A stretch of DNA of 64,000 bases, from positions 128,001 to 192,000 of the forward strand of contig CAVPOM010000007.1 in the NCBI GenBank assembly GCA_963707025.1, in the 5' to 3' direction. The notes below the pieces were generated by a model. The model worked only from the letters and a program-made list of their open reading frames with translations. It ran no database searches and had not been told where the DNA came from. Every line of letters begins with the position of its first letter. Position 1 is the first letter of the stretch. The DNA comes from an uncultured Verrucomicrobiae bacterium (GTDB lineage: Bacteria; Verrucomicrobiota; Verrucomicrobiia; Limisphaerales; Palsa-1400). Below, in pieces: positions 40,838 through 50,223 of this stretch. The position numbers were made by a program, and so were the translations under genes.

Positions 40838-42231
40838 ATGACAACCGCCGGGTCGCGCTTGGGATGGGCCGCTTCTCCCTTGAATCCGGTCAGGCGCAGG
40901 TTGGTCACGCTCTCGGCTTCCAGGGCGAAAGTGAAATAGTCCGGGATGTTCCGGCCCCAATGCACCGAGCAGTTTTGCAAGGTGATGTTGCCGGCGTTGC
41001 GCAGGCTGAAAGCGGGGTTGCCGTGCGCTTCGATCGGGTCCGGTGCCTGGGTCGGGCGGTTGTCGAACAAGCCGCCCGGATATTTGGTCCAGCGCTCCAG
41101 GGTCACGGCCACGTTGTCCAGGAGCACGTCCTGGATGGGGCTGGCGGCCGCGCCGCGGAGGCGCACGCTGTTCTCGGCGCGCCCGGTGATGTTTTGCAGG
41201 GTGATGTGGCGCATCGTCCCCAGTTTCGTCTCCGGCGTGCGCGGCAGGGCGGTCAGGGAAACGGCTTCGCCGCGGCCCCACCACGGATCGCCGTAATAAC
41301 GGGAGACCAACTGGATGTCGCGAAATTGCACGTTATAAACGCTGCCTTCGTCGCGCAGTTGGATGGCGAGGCCGCGGCTGCCGGTGAGAATCCGGCAGCG
41401 CTCAAACAAAATATCGTGAATGTCGCTGGTGGTTTCGGTGCCGATCTTCAGGCCCGCATCCTGCGTTTCCAGCACGCAATCGCGCACGGTGATGTTGGCC
41501 GACGGGCCGTAAGCGCCGGTCTGGCGGGTGGTTTTGATGACGATGGCGTCGTCGCCCGAGGTGATGCGGCAGTGGCGGATTTCCACGTCCTGGCAATGGT
41601 CGGGATCAATGCCGTCGCAGTTGGGCACGTCGAGCCGGTTGCGGATGGTGACGTTGTCAACAAGAACATGGCTGCAGCCCAGCAGGTGCAGCCCCCAAAA
41701 GGGCGCGTCCCCGAAGGTGATGTCGCGGATTTCCAGGTTGGTGCAGCCGGTGAGGGTGAACATTTTGGGCCGCCAGGGCGCGCCGAGCCACCATTCGCCC
41801 ACCGGGTCGTAACCGGTCATGAAGGCGAGGGATCGCCCGCGGATGTGGCCGCGGCCGCTGATTTGCAGGCCGCTGGCATGGCGGGCCGTGATCACCCCGT
41901 CTGCCGCATAGTCGGAACGGTTGGTGCTGATGAGCAATTCACCGTCAAGATGAAAATCAATGCCGCCGCGCAATTCGAGCGTGCCGGTCAAAAAGCGGTG
42001 TCCGCGCGGCAGCAGCACGCGCGCGCCGCGGCCGGCCCGCGCGGCGGCGTCAATGGCGCGCTGGAGGGCGGCCGTGTCCAGGGTGACGCCGTCGCCCGCG
42101 GCGCCGAAATCCAGGACGGTGAAGACCGGGCCGGCGGCCGGGGCGTTGGGCGCGGCCAGGGAAAGCCAGAGCGCGGCGGCGGAGGCGAGTTTGCGCAGGA
42201 ATAAAATAGGTTTGACAGAACGGCCAGGCAT
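40831..42231 (-). CDS. GH28 polygalacturonase-family protein
   Basis: DFGAAGDG, PNCDGID, GDDAIVIK, LKIGTET. Confidence 0.88.
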   Translation of the reverse strand: MPGRSVKPILFLRKLASAAALWLSLAAPNAPAAGPVFTVLDFGAAGDGVTLDTAALQRAIDAAARAGRGARVLLPRGHRFLTGTLELRGGIDFHLDGELLISTNRSDYAADGVITARHASGLQISGRGHIRGRSLAFMTGYDPVGEWWLGAPWRPKMFTLTGCTNLEIRDITFGDAPFWGLHLLGCSHVLVDNVTIRNRLDVPNCDGIDPDHCQDVEIRHCRITSGDDAIVIKTTRQTGAYGPSANITVRDCVLETQDAGLKIGTETTSDIHDILFERCRILTGSRGLAIQLRDEGSVYNVQFRDIQLVSRYYGDPWWGRGEAVSLTALPRTPETKLGTMRHITLQNITGRAENSVRLRGAAASPIQDVLLDNVAVTLERWTKYPGGLFDNRPTQAPDPIEAHGNPAFSLRNAGNITLQNCSVHWGRNIPDYFTFALEAESVTNLRLTGFKGEAAHPKRDPAVVIH

Positions 42232-42241
42232 CGGATGGCTC

Positions 42242-43333
42242 CTACTTCAAGGTCACGTCCCAAACCCGCGAGAAGCGGGAGGTGGCGCCGTCGGCGCCCT
42301 GCACCGTGAGCACGGCGACATAGGCCCCGGCGGCTTTGTAGGCGTGGATGGGGTTTTGCCCGGCGGAGATTTCGCCGTCGCCGAAATCCCACTGCCAGGA
42401 GGAGATGTGGCCGATGGATTGGTCCTGGAAGGCCACCAGGCGCCGGTCCATGTCCTGGATTTGAAAGGTCCATTTGGCCTCAAGCGTTTTCAGGAAGCGC
42501 GGTTCCAGGGGCATGAGTTCGAAGCGGCACAGGTAATCGGCGTTGCCAAAAAAGGTGTGATGGCGCGAGAGGTTCCAGAAGCCGTGGTTGCCGGGCGCAT
42601 GAGGGTCGGTGTAATCAATCACGGCCCAGGCCAGGCCGATGATTTTATTTTCCGTCAGGACGGATTCGACGGCGCGTTTGGGTCCTTCGGCGCCGGCGTA
42701 ATCGAAGGGGGTGATCCAGAATTCCAAGACCAGATGCCCCGGCTGGCCGGGCCTGAAGTTGTAGGAACAGGCGTGATTGGCGTAGGGCAGATCCTTGGCC
42801 CATTGTTGGGGGCCCCAGAACATGCACCAGTCCTTGCCCTCCGCCGGGGTGAAGATGTGGTAGTTTTGCGCGTGGGCGTTTTGCAGGGCCAGGTAGGTTT
42901 CCCATTTGCCGCCCAGGATGTCGCGGTTGGTTTCAAATTCCTGCTCGAACGGTCCGCCGGAGAGGTCGCCGTCAACCACAATTTCAAAGGTGTCGTTGTG
43001 CAAATCCGGCCGGGAAAAATCCCAATAGTCTTTATCGGCCTCGTAAAGAAAAAAGAGGCGGTTGAGTCCCTTGACCCAGCCGACTCTGACCCGGACATTG
43101 AGGTGGTTGGGGTCATTGGTGTGGTGGTGCATATCGTCCAGCAACTGGTCCGAACCGATGACGTAATCTTCGGGCACGATGTCCCAATCATTGGTTTTGC
43201 CATCCATGGTGGGGATCATGTTTGGCGGGAATTGGAAAATCTTGAATGTGGTATTCGTCCGGTCCAGGGCCAGGGCGGCATGGGCGGCCAGGAGCAACGC
43301 GGCGAGGGGGAGGGTTCGTTGGAAAAGTTTCAT
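42242..43333 (-). CDS. Secreted PKD-domain protein
   Basis: Signal peptide; C-terminal SWQWDFGDG..S..QNPIHAY...G.Y...LTV. Confidence 0.8.
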   Translation of the reverse strand: MKLFQRTLPLAALLLAAHAALALDRTNTTFKIFQFPPNMIPTMDGKTNDWDIVPEDYVIGSDQLLDDMHHHTNDPNHLNVRVRVGWVKGLNRLFFLYEADKDYWDFSRPDLHNDTFEIVVDGDLSGGPFEQEFETNRDILGGKWETYLALQNAHAQNYHIFTPAEGKDWCMFWGPQQWAKDLPYANHACSYNFRPGQPGHLVLEFWITPFDYAGAEGPKRAVESVLTENKIIGLAWAVIDYTDPHAPGNHGFWNLSRHHTFFGNADYLCRFELMPLEPRFLKTLEAKWTFQIQDMDRRLVAFQDQSIGHISSWQWDFGDGEISAGQNPIHAYKAAGAYVAVLTVQGADGATSRFSRVWDVTLK

Positions 43334-43354
43334 GGCAGAGACGGGGTGGAAGGT

Positions 43355-43561
43355 TCAATCAAAATCCGGGCAACTCATAAATTAGTGGCACCCGGGACAG
43401 GGCCGCTGGCATTTGTCGTTGTGCAGTTCATGGCCGCAACGCGGGCACCAGCGCCAGGATTCGCCCTCCCTGTTGCCGGAGGCGTCGCCTGGCTCCTGCC
43501 CCGATTGAGGAAGGGCCACAAGCGTCGTCTTTCTTTTTCGGTTCGGCGGCCATGAAGACAT
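43355..43561 (-). pseudogene. Small zinc-ribbon protein with an internal TAA
   Basis: WCPRCGHELHNDKCQRPCPGCH*FMSCPDFD*; the Cys pattern continues past the stop. Confidence 0.5.
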
Positions 43562-43663
43562 CTTCCGCCAGGAGGCATCGCCAATCAACAATGGATAATT
43601 AACAATGGCCAACGCTGATTTCCAACGGTTTCAGGTTTGCTTGCCGCCCAGGCGAAGGTTGTC

Positions 43664-44047
43664 TCAAAGAAACCGGACTGCCACTTCGTTTTTTACGCGC
43701 ACAAAATGTTGATCTTGCGTCGCAATGGCTAATCCGTGCGCTTTCGCGACGGTGAATTGGTATGCATCATCGAAATCCAGACCGAAAACCTGAGCCGCCC
43801 GCGCCACCGCGGGATAGCCAGTCCGGTCTAAATGCAACAGGGCGAGGTTTGGCATGGAATCGGTGAGAAAATCGCCAAATAGTTTCGCCTGCTGACGGCG
43901 CAGGCTGATGACACCGATGGAATGAAGCGAGAAATCAGCGATGGCCAGAGCCCCAGTGTGTTGTTGGAGAAACTGTTCGCACTTCACGCGGCCCGGCTGG
44001 TTGAGCAGGATTTCAAGGAAGACATTTGTGTCCACCAAAAAACTCAT
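43664..44047 (-). CDS. vapC: PIN-domain toxin
   Basis: LVDTNVFLE, LDFDDAYQ, ATQDQHF. Confidence 0.88.
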   Translation of the reverse strand: MSFLVDTNVFLEILLNQPGRVKCEQFLQQHTGALAIADFSLHSIGVISLRRQQAKLFGDFLTDSMPNLALLHLDRTGYPAVARAAQVFGLDFDDAYQFTVAKAHGLAIATQDQHFVRVKNEVAVRFL

Positions 44048-44262
44048 CGCCATTCGTTGGCTTTGTGCTGCAATTCGACGGCGGTAAATTCCTTGCCCAA
44101 GTCAGCCATCCCACCCGCCCAAGTGAATTTGAAACCGGGCGGCTTTGCGGACTGCGCCGACGGGCTTGACTGCCCGGCCAAAAAATCGAGAAAGGCGAGA
44201 AGCTGCTTCCGGGATTCTTCCGGCAGCGATTCAATTTTGGCAATGATGGCTTCGCGACTCAT
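44044..44262 (-). CDS. DUF2281-like antitoxin
   Basis: KIESLPEE..KQLLAFLDFL..FTWAGG..DL..EFTAVELQHK; ATGA overlap with the PIN gene. Confidence 0.75.
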   Translation of the reverse strand: MSREAIIAKIESLPEESRKQLLAFLDFLAGQSSPSAQSAKPPGFKFTWAGGMADLGKEFTAVELQHKANEWR

Positions 44263-44382
44263 GGAAAAAGAATAAACCTGTCCAACAACGAGAGCAAACA
44301 AGTTTTTACATCCCCAAAACGGGCGGAACCTACGGCACAACTTGAAGTTGAATCGAGTCATCCTTGTGGATAATCTCCCGCC

Positions 44383-45666
44383 ATGCACAAGTTTCTGCCG
44401 GGTGTAACGCTTGTTCTGATGCTGGCTGCGGGCTGCCAGGCCCCCCGCCAGGAAGCCCAGCCGCCGCGCCGTTTCGATGTCCGCTCCCTCGGCGCCACCG
44501 GCAACGGCACGGTCAAAGATACCGTCGCTTTCCAAAAAGCCCTCGACGCCTGCGCGGCGGGCGGCGGCGAAGTCGTTGTGCCCGCCGGAAATTACTTGAT
44601 TGGCAGCGTGACCATGGGTTCGCACACGACGCTGCGGCTGGAAAAGGGGGCCGCGCTCCTCGGCAGTCCGGACGCGGACGATTATCCGCTCATCCAGGCG
44701 CGCTGGGAAGGGCGCCTGCGGGAATGCCACCGCGCGCTCCTCTCCGCCAGCAATGCCACGCAAATTGCCATCGTCGGCGAAGGTTCCATCGAGGGCAACG
44801 CCGCCCTGGGCAATCTGCGCAATCCGCGCGGCCCGTGCCTGCTGGAGCCGGTCGAGTGCCAGGATGTTCTGCTTGACGGATTTTCCACCCAGTTCGCCCG
44901 GCTCTGGTCCATCCACCTGGCCTTTTGCGACGGCGTCGTCGCCCGCAACCTCATCATCCGCAGCGCGCGCAGCCGCAGCAACGGCGACGGCATTGACGTG
45001 GATTCGTGCAAACACGTCCGCATCGAGCATTGTGATATTGATACCGGGGACGACGCCATCGCCCTCAAGTCCGGCCGCGGCGCGGAAGGCGCGCGCATCG
45101 GGCGGCCCACCGAAGACGTGGTGATCACCAATTGCATTTTGGGCAGCGCCTTTGCCGGCGTGGCCGTCGGCACCGAACTTTCCGGGGGAATCCGCCGCGT
45201 CGTCCTGCAAGACTGCACCTTCACCAGCGGGGCCAACAGCATTTTCATCAAGAGCCGGGATGATCGGGGCGGCTACATCGAAGACATCCAGGGCAAAAAC
45301 CTGGATTGCCGCGCCAGCACGTTCCTGGTCATTGATCTGCTGACCAAGGGAATTCCGGACGAAGAACCGGTCACCGGCCCGGCCGGGCTGACCCGGGCGC
45401 GCGGGCTTTCTTTCGCCAACATCAAGGTCAACGTGCAAACGCTGCTGGACGCGCATCTGCTTTCCCCGGACCAACCGCTCGACGGACTTTCCATTGCCGG
45501 TGTTTCCGGCGAGTGCCGTCGCGCCATCCATCTGGCCAACCTCCGCAACGCCAGCCTGCGCGACATTCATGTGAGCGGCTACAACGGGCCATTCCTGACC
45601 CAGACCAACGCCACCGGCCCCGGCCTGGACAAAATCACCGTGCCCGAGGATACCTTCTCACGCTGA
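44383..45666 (+). CDS. GH28-family lipoprotein
   Basis: LAAGC lipobox, GATGNG..KDT.AFQKALD, NGDGIDVDS, GDDAIALKSG. Confidence 0.88.
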   Translation: MHKFLPGVTLVLMLAAGCQAPRQEAQPPRRFDVRSLGATGNGTVKDTVAFQKALDACAAGGGEVVVPAGNYLIGSVTMGSHTTLRLEKGAALLGSPDADDYPLIQARWEGRLRECHRALLSASNATQIAIVGEGSIEGNAALGNLRNPRGPCLLEPVECQDVLLDGFSTQFARLWSIHLAFCDGVVARNLIIRSARSRSNGDGIDVDSCKHVRIEHCDIDTGDDAIALKSGRGAEGARIGRPTEDVVITNCILGSAFAGVAVGTELSGGIRRVVLQDCTFTSGANSIFIKSRDDRGGYIEDIQGKNLDCRASTFLVIDLLTKGIPDEEPVTGPAGLTRARGLSFANIKVNVQTLLDAHLLSPDQPLDGLSIAGVSGECRRAIHLANLRNASLRDIHVSGYNGPFLTQTNATGPGLDKITVPEDTFSR

Positions 45667-45697
45667 GAATGCAGAATTGTGAATAGAGAATAGTGAA

Positions 45698-46847
45698 ATG
45701 ACAACACCCATGCGCACCGTCGCCGTCCCATTGGGTCATCGCAGCTATCCCATTTTTGTGGGAGCCGGTTTGCTTTCCGAGCTGGGCCGATTTGCCGCCG
45801 AAAGGGAACTCGGCCGCCGCTGCGCGGTCATTTCCGACGACCGGGTGGCGGGCCTCTACGCCAAGCCGGCTTTGGCCGCTCTCCGTTCCTCCGGGTTTGA
45901 AGCGCGGTTGATTTGCGTGCCGCACGGCGAAACTTCCAAAAGCCTCAAAATGGTCCAGGCCGCCTGCGACCAACTGGCCGCGCACCGCCTGGAACGGAAA
46001 TCCTTCCTCGTCGCCCTGGGTGGCGGCGTGGTGGGGGATCTGGCCGGATTTCTCGCCGCGATTTATTTGCGCGGCATCCCGTTCGTCCAGGCGCCCACCA
46101 CCTTGCTGGCGCAAGTGGACAGTTCGGTCGGCGGCAAAGTCGGCGTCAACCTGAAAGCCGGCAAAAACCTGGTGGGCGCCTTTCATCAGCCCCGTTTTGT
46201 CCTTTGCGATTTGCGGCACGCTGAACTCCCTGCCGCCCCGCGAATTTCGCGCCGGATTGGCCGAGGTCATCAAATACGGCATCATCTGCGACGCGCCGCT
46301 GTTTGCCCGCCTGGAACGCGACCTGCCCCGGCTGCTGCGCCGCGACACGAAAATTCTGGCCGAAGTGGTGGCGCGCTGCTGCGAAATCAAGGCCGAAGTG
46401 GTCCGCCAGGATGAAACCGAAACCGGCCTGCGCGCCATCCTCAATTTCGGCCACACCATCGGCCACGCCATCGAGAACATTTCCGGCTACGGAAAATACC
46501 TGCACGGCGAGGCCATCGCCATCGGCCAGGTGGCCGCCGCCAAACTCTCCGCCGCCTTGACCGGCCTGCCGCCGGAGGACGCGGCGCGCATCGAAAAACT
46601 TTTCCGGCGCGCCGGGCTGCCCGCCGCCATCACCCTCTCCGCTCCGTCCCGGTCGCGCCTGCTCGCGGCCATGCAACTGGACAAAAAAGTCAGCGGCGGC
46701 CAAATCCAATTCGTCCTCGCCCGCCGCATTGGCCAGGTCGAACCCAGCCACAAAGTTCCGCCGGCCCTCATCGCAGAAGTTTTGGCGCCCGCGTGCCCAG
46801 CCGCAATCCGCCCTGTCCTCCGCAGGCTTGGCGAAGGAGGAAATTGA
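45698..46847 (+). CDS. aroB: 3-dehydroquinate synthase (frameshift near 46215)
   Basis: GETSKS, ALGGGVVGDLAGF, PTTLLAQVDSSVGGK, AEVIKYG, LNFGHTIGHAIE, HGEAIAIG. Confidence 0.95.
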
Positions 46848-46850
46848 GCC

Positions 46851-47459
46851 ATGTCCGCCATCAATGAAACCATTGTCCGGGAGTACTTCGAGTTGTACGG
46901 TTTTCTCGTGCGCCAGGATCGCAAGTATGAGGCGCGCGGCAAGCAGGAGGTGGACGGCATTGATTTCGTCGTCTGGAATCCGCAACCCGTCAAACCGGAG
47001 AAAGCCGCTCCTTTCATCCTGGATAGCGCGGACCTGCCCTCCGTCAACCGTGCCCTGGTCGTGGTGCGCGGCTGGCACACCGAATCCTTCGGGCCGGCCC
47101 TGCTGGAGAGTTCGCCCGAAATATTCCGCTTCGTCGAGCCGGCCGTTTTCCAGCAGGCGGCGCGTGCCTTCAGTCCGGATTTCGCGCCGTTGAAGATATT
47201 GATTGTGCCGTCCTTGCCGCAAACGGCGGCGGCGCGGGAACAAAGCATCGCCATCCTGCGCGCCAAGGGAGTGGACGCCGTCATTCCCTTTCGCACCATG
47301 CTGGTGGAGCTGATCGCCCGCACCGAGGTCAACCGCAACTACGACAAATCCGACCTGTTGCAGGTGATCCGCGTCCTCAAGAACTACCAATTGTTCAAAG
47401 ACCCGCAATTGGAACTGTTCCGCGGCGCGCGCCGTGCCAAGCGCCCGCGCCGCGCCTGA
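46851..47459 (+). CDS. Hypothetical protein, possible PD-(D/E)xK nuclease-like fold
   Basis: ETIVREYFEL.GFLV..IDFVV arrangement; 3 nt after aroB. Confidence 0.5.
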   Translation: MSAINETIVREYFELYGFLVRQDRKYEARGKQEVDGIDFVVWNPQPVKPEKAAPFILDSADLPSVNRALVVVRGWHTESFGPALLESSPEIFRFVEPAVFQQAARAFSPDFAPLKILIVPSLPQTAAAREQSIAILRAKGVDAVIPFRTMLVELIARTEVNRNYDKSDLLQVIRVLKNYQLFKDPQLELFRGARRAKRPRRA

Positions 47460-47482
47460 TTTCTGCGAAAGATGACCCCGGC

Positions 47483-48301
47483 ATGAAAACGCCAGGCCAT
47501 CCCAACGTGAAAAGAATACTTCGCTTAATTTTGCAGGCGTGCTTGATTCTGGCCGCCGGTTTTTATTTGGAGGGATGCGCCTCCTCCGAATGGAAAGGAT
47601 ACCAGGGAAAGCCGTTTCGCGACAGCGTCTTTCATGGAGGACCGCAGAAGATCCCCGGACGCGTGCAGTGCGCCTTCTATGATTTCGGAGGAGAAGGCAT
47701 CGCCTATCACGATACGGATGCAACCAACCACGGCAGCGGAGGGCTGAATCCCGCGGACGGAACGTATCTGAACGAGTTTCGCATGACAGAAGGCGTGGAT
47801 ACGTCCTACACGAAATTCCACGACGGAATTGACAACAATCCCTGCAACCTGGTGCAACCGCCGGAGGGACAACTCTACGTGGGTTGGACGGAACCCGGCG
47901 AATGGTTCAATCTGACCGTGGCGGTTGAGCAGGCCGGTGTTTACACCCTGGATCTCTTATACACCTCGAACCGGGGCGGGACGATTTCCCTGGATCGAAA
48001 CGGCGGGCCGTTGGTTTCCGCGATCAACATTATTTCAACCAGAAACGACCAGGATCCCCTCGCCTGGAGGCAATGGCACCATTGGAACATCATGACCAAC
48101 ATGGCCGAAGTGGAATTGCCCAAAGGGGTGTGCGTTTTGACCCTGCACATCGTCACGGAGGGCAACATGAATCTGGCCTGGCTGGATTTTAAGCCGAGCC
48201 ATAAAGGGCGCTCCGGGTCCACGGCGGACCCTCAGCGCACCACGGGCGTCCAGTTGGCTTCGAAGCGGGTGCCCACCATCAGCTTGATGACCAGGCCGTA
48301 G
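47483..48301 (+). CDS. Carbohydrate-binding module (CBM6-like) lipoprotein
   Basis: LEGC lipobox; IPGRVQC.FYDFGGEGIAYHDTD; VGWTEPGEW. Confidence 0.75.
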   Translation: MKTPGHPNVKRILRLILQACLILAAGFYLEGCASSEWKGYQGKPFRDSVFHGGPQKIPGRVQCAFYDFGGEGIAYHDTDATNHGSGGLNPADGTYLNEFRMTEGVDTSYTKFHDGIDNNPCNLVQPPEGQLYVGWTEPGEWFNLTVAVEQAGVYTLDLLYTSNRGGTISLDRNGGPLVSAINIISTRNDQDPLAWRQWHHWNIMTNMAEVELPKGVCVLTLHIVTEGNMNLAWLDFKPSHKGRSGSTADPQRTTGVQLASKRVPTISLMTRP

Positions 48302-49305
48302 CTGCCGATTCCGGCCGGGACACGATTGGCCTTTAGAAAACTGTTGTAGATGCGCGCCTGCAAGGCGGCCACAGCCGGCTTGCGGCGTTGCCGCGCCCGC
48401 TCTCGTATGGCGTTGATGTCGCTGACAACCTGCGGAGAAAGCTCCGGCCATGAATCGCTGGCATTGCGGCTTCGCCTGGGCAGATAAAAGGACAGACTCA
48501 GCCAGCCGGAATAGCGGATGGCCGGAAGGTCGCTGCGCAAACAGGCCAGGATGCCAATGAAGTTGGCCTCCGCCTCATCCGCAAACCCGGCCAGGTGCGC
48601 CCATTCGTGCGCCAGCAGAAAGGGCCTCTCGAAGGGCAGGACGTTGTCGTCAAGGATAACTTCATATCCGAATGGGTTTATAAAGCCATCGAAGCCCCCG
48701 GCGTCCAGGATGGGATTGACCAGGGAGGTCCGCGGCGCCACGCCGCTGAAAGCCGGGCGGTGTCCCAATTCCCGGACGACTTGCTGAAAGGATCGCTCCA
48801 GGGCCGCGCGCCATTGTTCCGGCGGCGGCATGGGCGGCCCGCGCGCGGCGGCCACTTCCGCGTTCAAATGTTCCATGGTTGACTTGGACAAGGCCAGCGT
48901 GGCCTGCGGCGTGACCCGTTTGGCGTCCCAATCCAGCTTGGAAGTCAGGGGGAGCCGCTGATAGTTGAGTCCCCACAGAAATTCAAACGCGCAGACCCAC
49001 GCCGCCGCCAGCGTGAGCGTGCCGAAGGCCGCGCCTCCGGCGGCCCGCCACCTGCGCCCGGCCCCGGCGGAGCGGATCTTCCAAATCCACCAGGCGGGAA
49101 GGCCGAGGGCCACCGTGATCAGGAGCAAGTCCAGCACAGGGACGGGCGACCAGCGCGTGAGAGGCTTGACGCTCGCCGCCAGATGCGGATAGAGGCCGGT
49201 GGAATAAAGATTCTCAACCCAGCGGGCGGGCCACCGGATCGCCGCCAGCGCGATGGCGGCCAGCACGATCAAAATCCTGATGCCGTGATAATTGCTGATT
49301 TTCAA
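48232..49305 (-). CDS. DUF3810-family membrane-anchored putative zinc peptidase
   Basis: VENLYSTGLYP, LWGLNYQR, AHEWAH..GFADEAEANF. Confidence 0.8.
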   Translation of the reverse strand: MKISNYHGIRILIVLAAIALAAIRWPARWVENLYSTGLYPHLAASVKPLTRWSPVPVLDLLLITVALGLPAWWIWKIRSAGAGRRWRAAGGAAFGTLTLAAAWVCAFEFLWGLNYQRLPLTSKLDWDAKRVTPQATLALSKSTMEHLNAEVAAARGPPMPPPEQWRAALERSFQQVVRELGHRPAFSGVAPRTSLVNPILDAGGFDGFINPFGYEVILDDNVLPFERPFLLAHEWAHLAGFADEAEANFIGILACLRSDLPAIRYSGWLSLSFYLPRRSRNASDSWPELSPQVVSDINAIRERARQRRKPAVAALQARIYNSFLKANRVPAGIGSYGLVIKLMVGTRFEANWTPVVR

Positions 49306-49337
49306 TCAGTGAACCAAACAGGATGGCGCTGGGCGGG

Positions 49338-50006
49338 TCAGGGATGGGTCCAAAACTGGATGTTTTTGATATAGACCTCCATTGCGGGGCTGGCGCCGCT
49401 TTGGGCGTAAACGCCGTCTTTCATGTAAAAGTCCGGGGCGCCGTTGTCCTTCTTGGTGAAGACCTGCTTGCCGTCTATCCAGGTTGCAATGAGATGGGTG
49501 TTGAGATCGTGCCGCACGACCAGGTGAAACCACTTGTCGTAGAGGTTGGTGGCCAGGATGGGCTGTCCGCTGTAAGAATGCAGGGAGCCGCCGCTGTCGC
49601 TCTTGATGAACAGCATGAAGGTGGTGGCCCCGTAGCGGGGAGATTCGGCATTGCCGGTGTGAATCTGCATGACGCAGGCGTTGCTGGTCCCGGCGGGGAC
49701 CATCAAGTCGGCGGCGTATTGGATCTGGTGGGAAGTGTAGTCCGGATCGAATCGCTGTTCGGTGCGCGGTTTGGTGGTGTTGCCGGAGGCGAAGGGGGCG
49801 TCGTGGTTCAGCACCCGCAGGTGATAGACCCCGTTGGACACCGAATAACGGTCGCTCTGGGGCAGGTTGTAAGGAGATTGGACCCGGAATTTCACGGGCG
49901 CTTCGGTCCATCCTTCCAGGCCCGGTTCAGTTCCGGCCAAGGCGGCGGCGGCGGCCAGGGCGAGAAGGGGCCAGGGCAACTTCAGGAGGCGCAGTTTTCC
50001 AAGCAT
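49338..50006 (-). CDS. Polysaccharide lyase family 7-like secreted protein
   Basis: PRTEQR, MQIH, YMKDGVYAQ (the three PL7 conserved regions). Confidence 0.75.
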   Translation of the reverse strand: MLGKLRLLKLPWPLLALAAAAALAGTEPGLEGWTEAPVKFRVQSPYNLPQSDRYSVSNGVYHLRVLNHDAPFASGNTTKPRTEQRFDPDYTSHQIQYAADLMVPAGTSNACVMQIHTGNAESPRYGATTFMLFIKSDSGGSLHSYSGQPILATNLYDKWFHLVVRHDLNTHLIATWIDGKQVFTKKDNGAPDFYMKDGVYAQSGASPAMEVYIKNIQFWTHP

Positions 50007-50087
50007 GCCGCCGAATTTGCGCCAGAGGAGTCGGGAGGTCAATGGAATAGCAGGCCAGAGCGTAATGCGTCAGCGACGATGGAGCAA

Positions 50088-50164
50088 GGCAGGGTGAGAC
50101 TCTGTCGAGCTGTGACTTTCTACAAAGAAATCCAGTTTCGGCTCGAACGGAGTCTCGCCCTGCC
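50088..50164. repeat. Inverted REP-like pair; half copy also at 57985-58009
   Basis: GGCAGGGTGAGACTCTGTCGAGC .. GCTCGAACGGAGTCTCGCCCTGCC. Confidence 0.7.
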
Positions 50165-50223
50165 AGGCGCTCCGCGCATTCTTTCATTTATCATTTTGCA
50201 TTTTGCATTTAACATTCTCCCCA

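Noticed and set aside
43382..43384. Stop-codon reassignment or readthrough
   Set aside because: TAA ends other genes normally in this window; this is a single case
48232..48301. 70-nt convergent overlap of the CBM and DUF3810 genes as antisense regulation
   Set aside because: The CBM tail there looks like a non-conserved run-on; no other support
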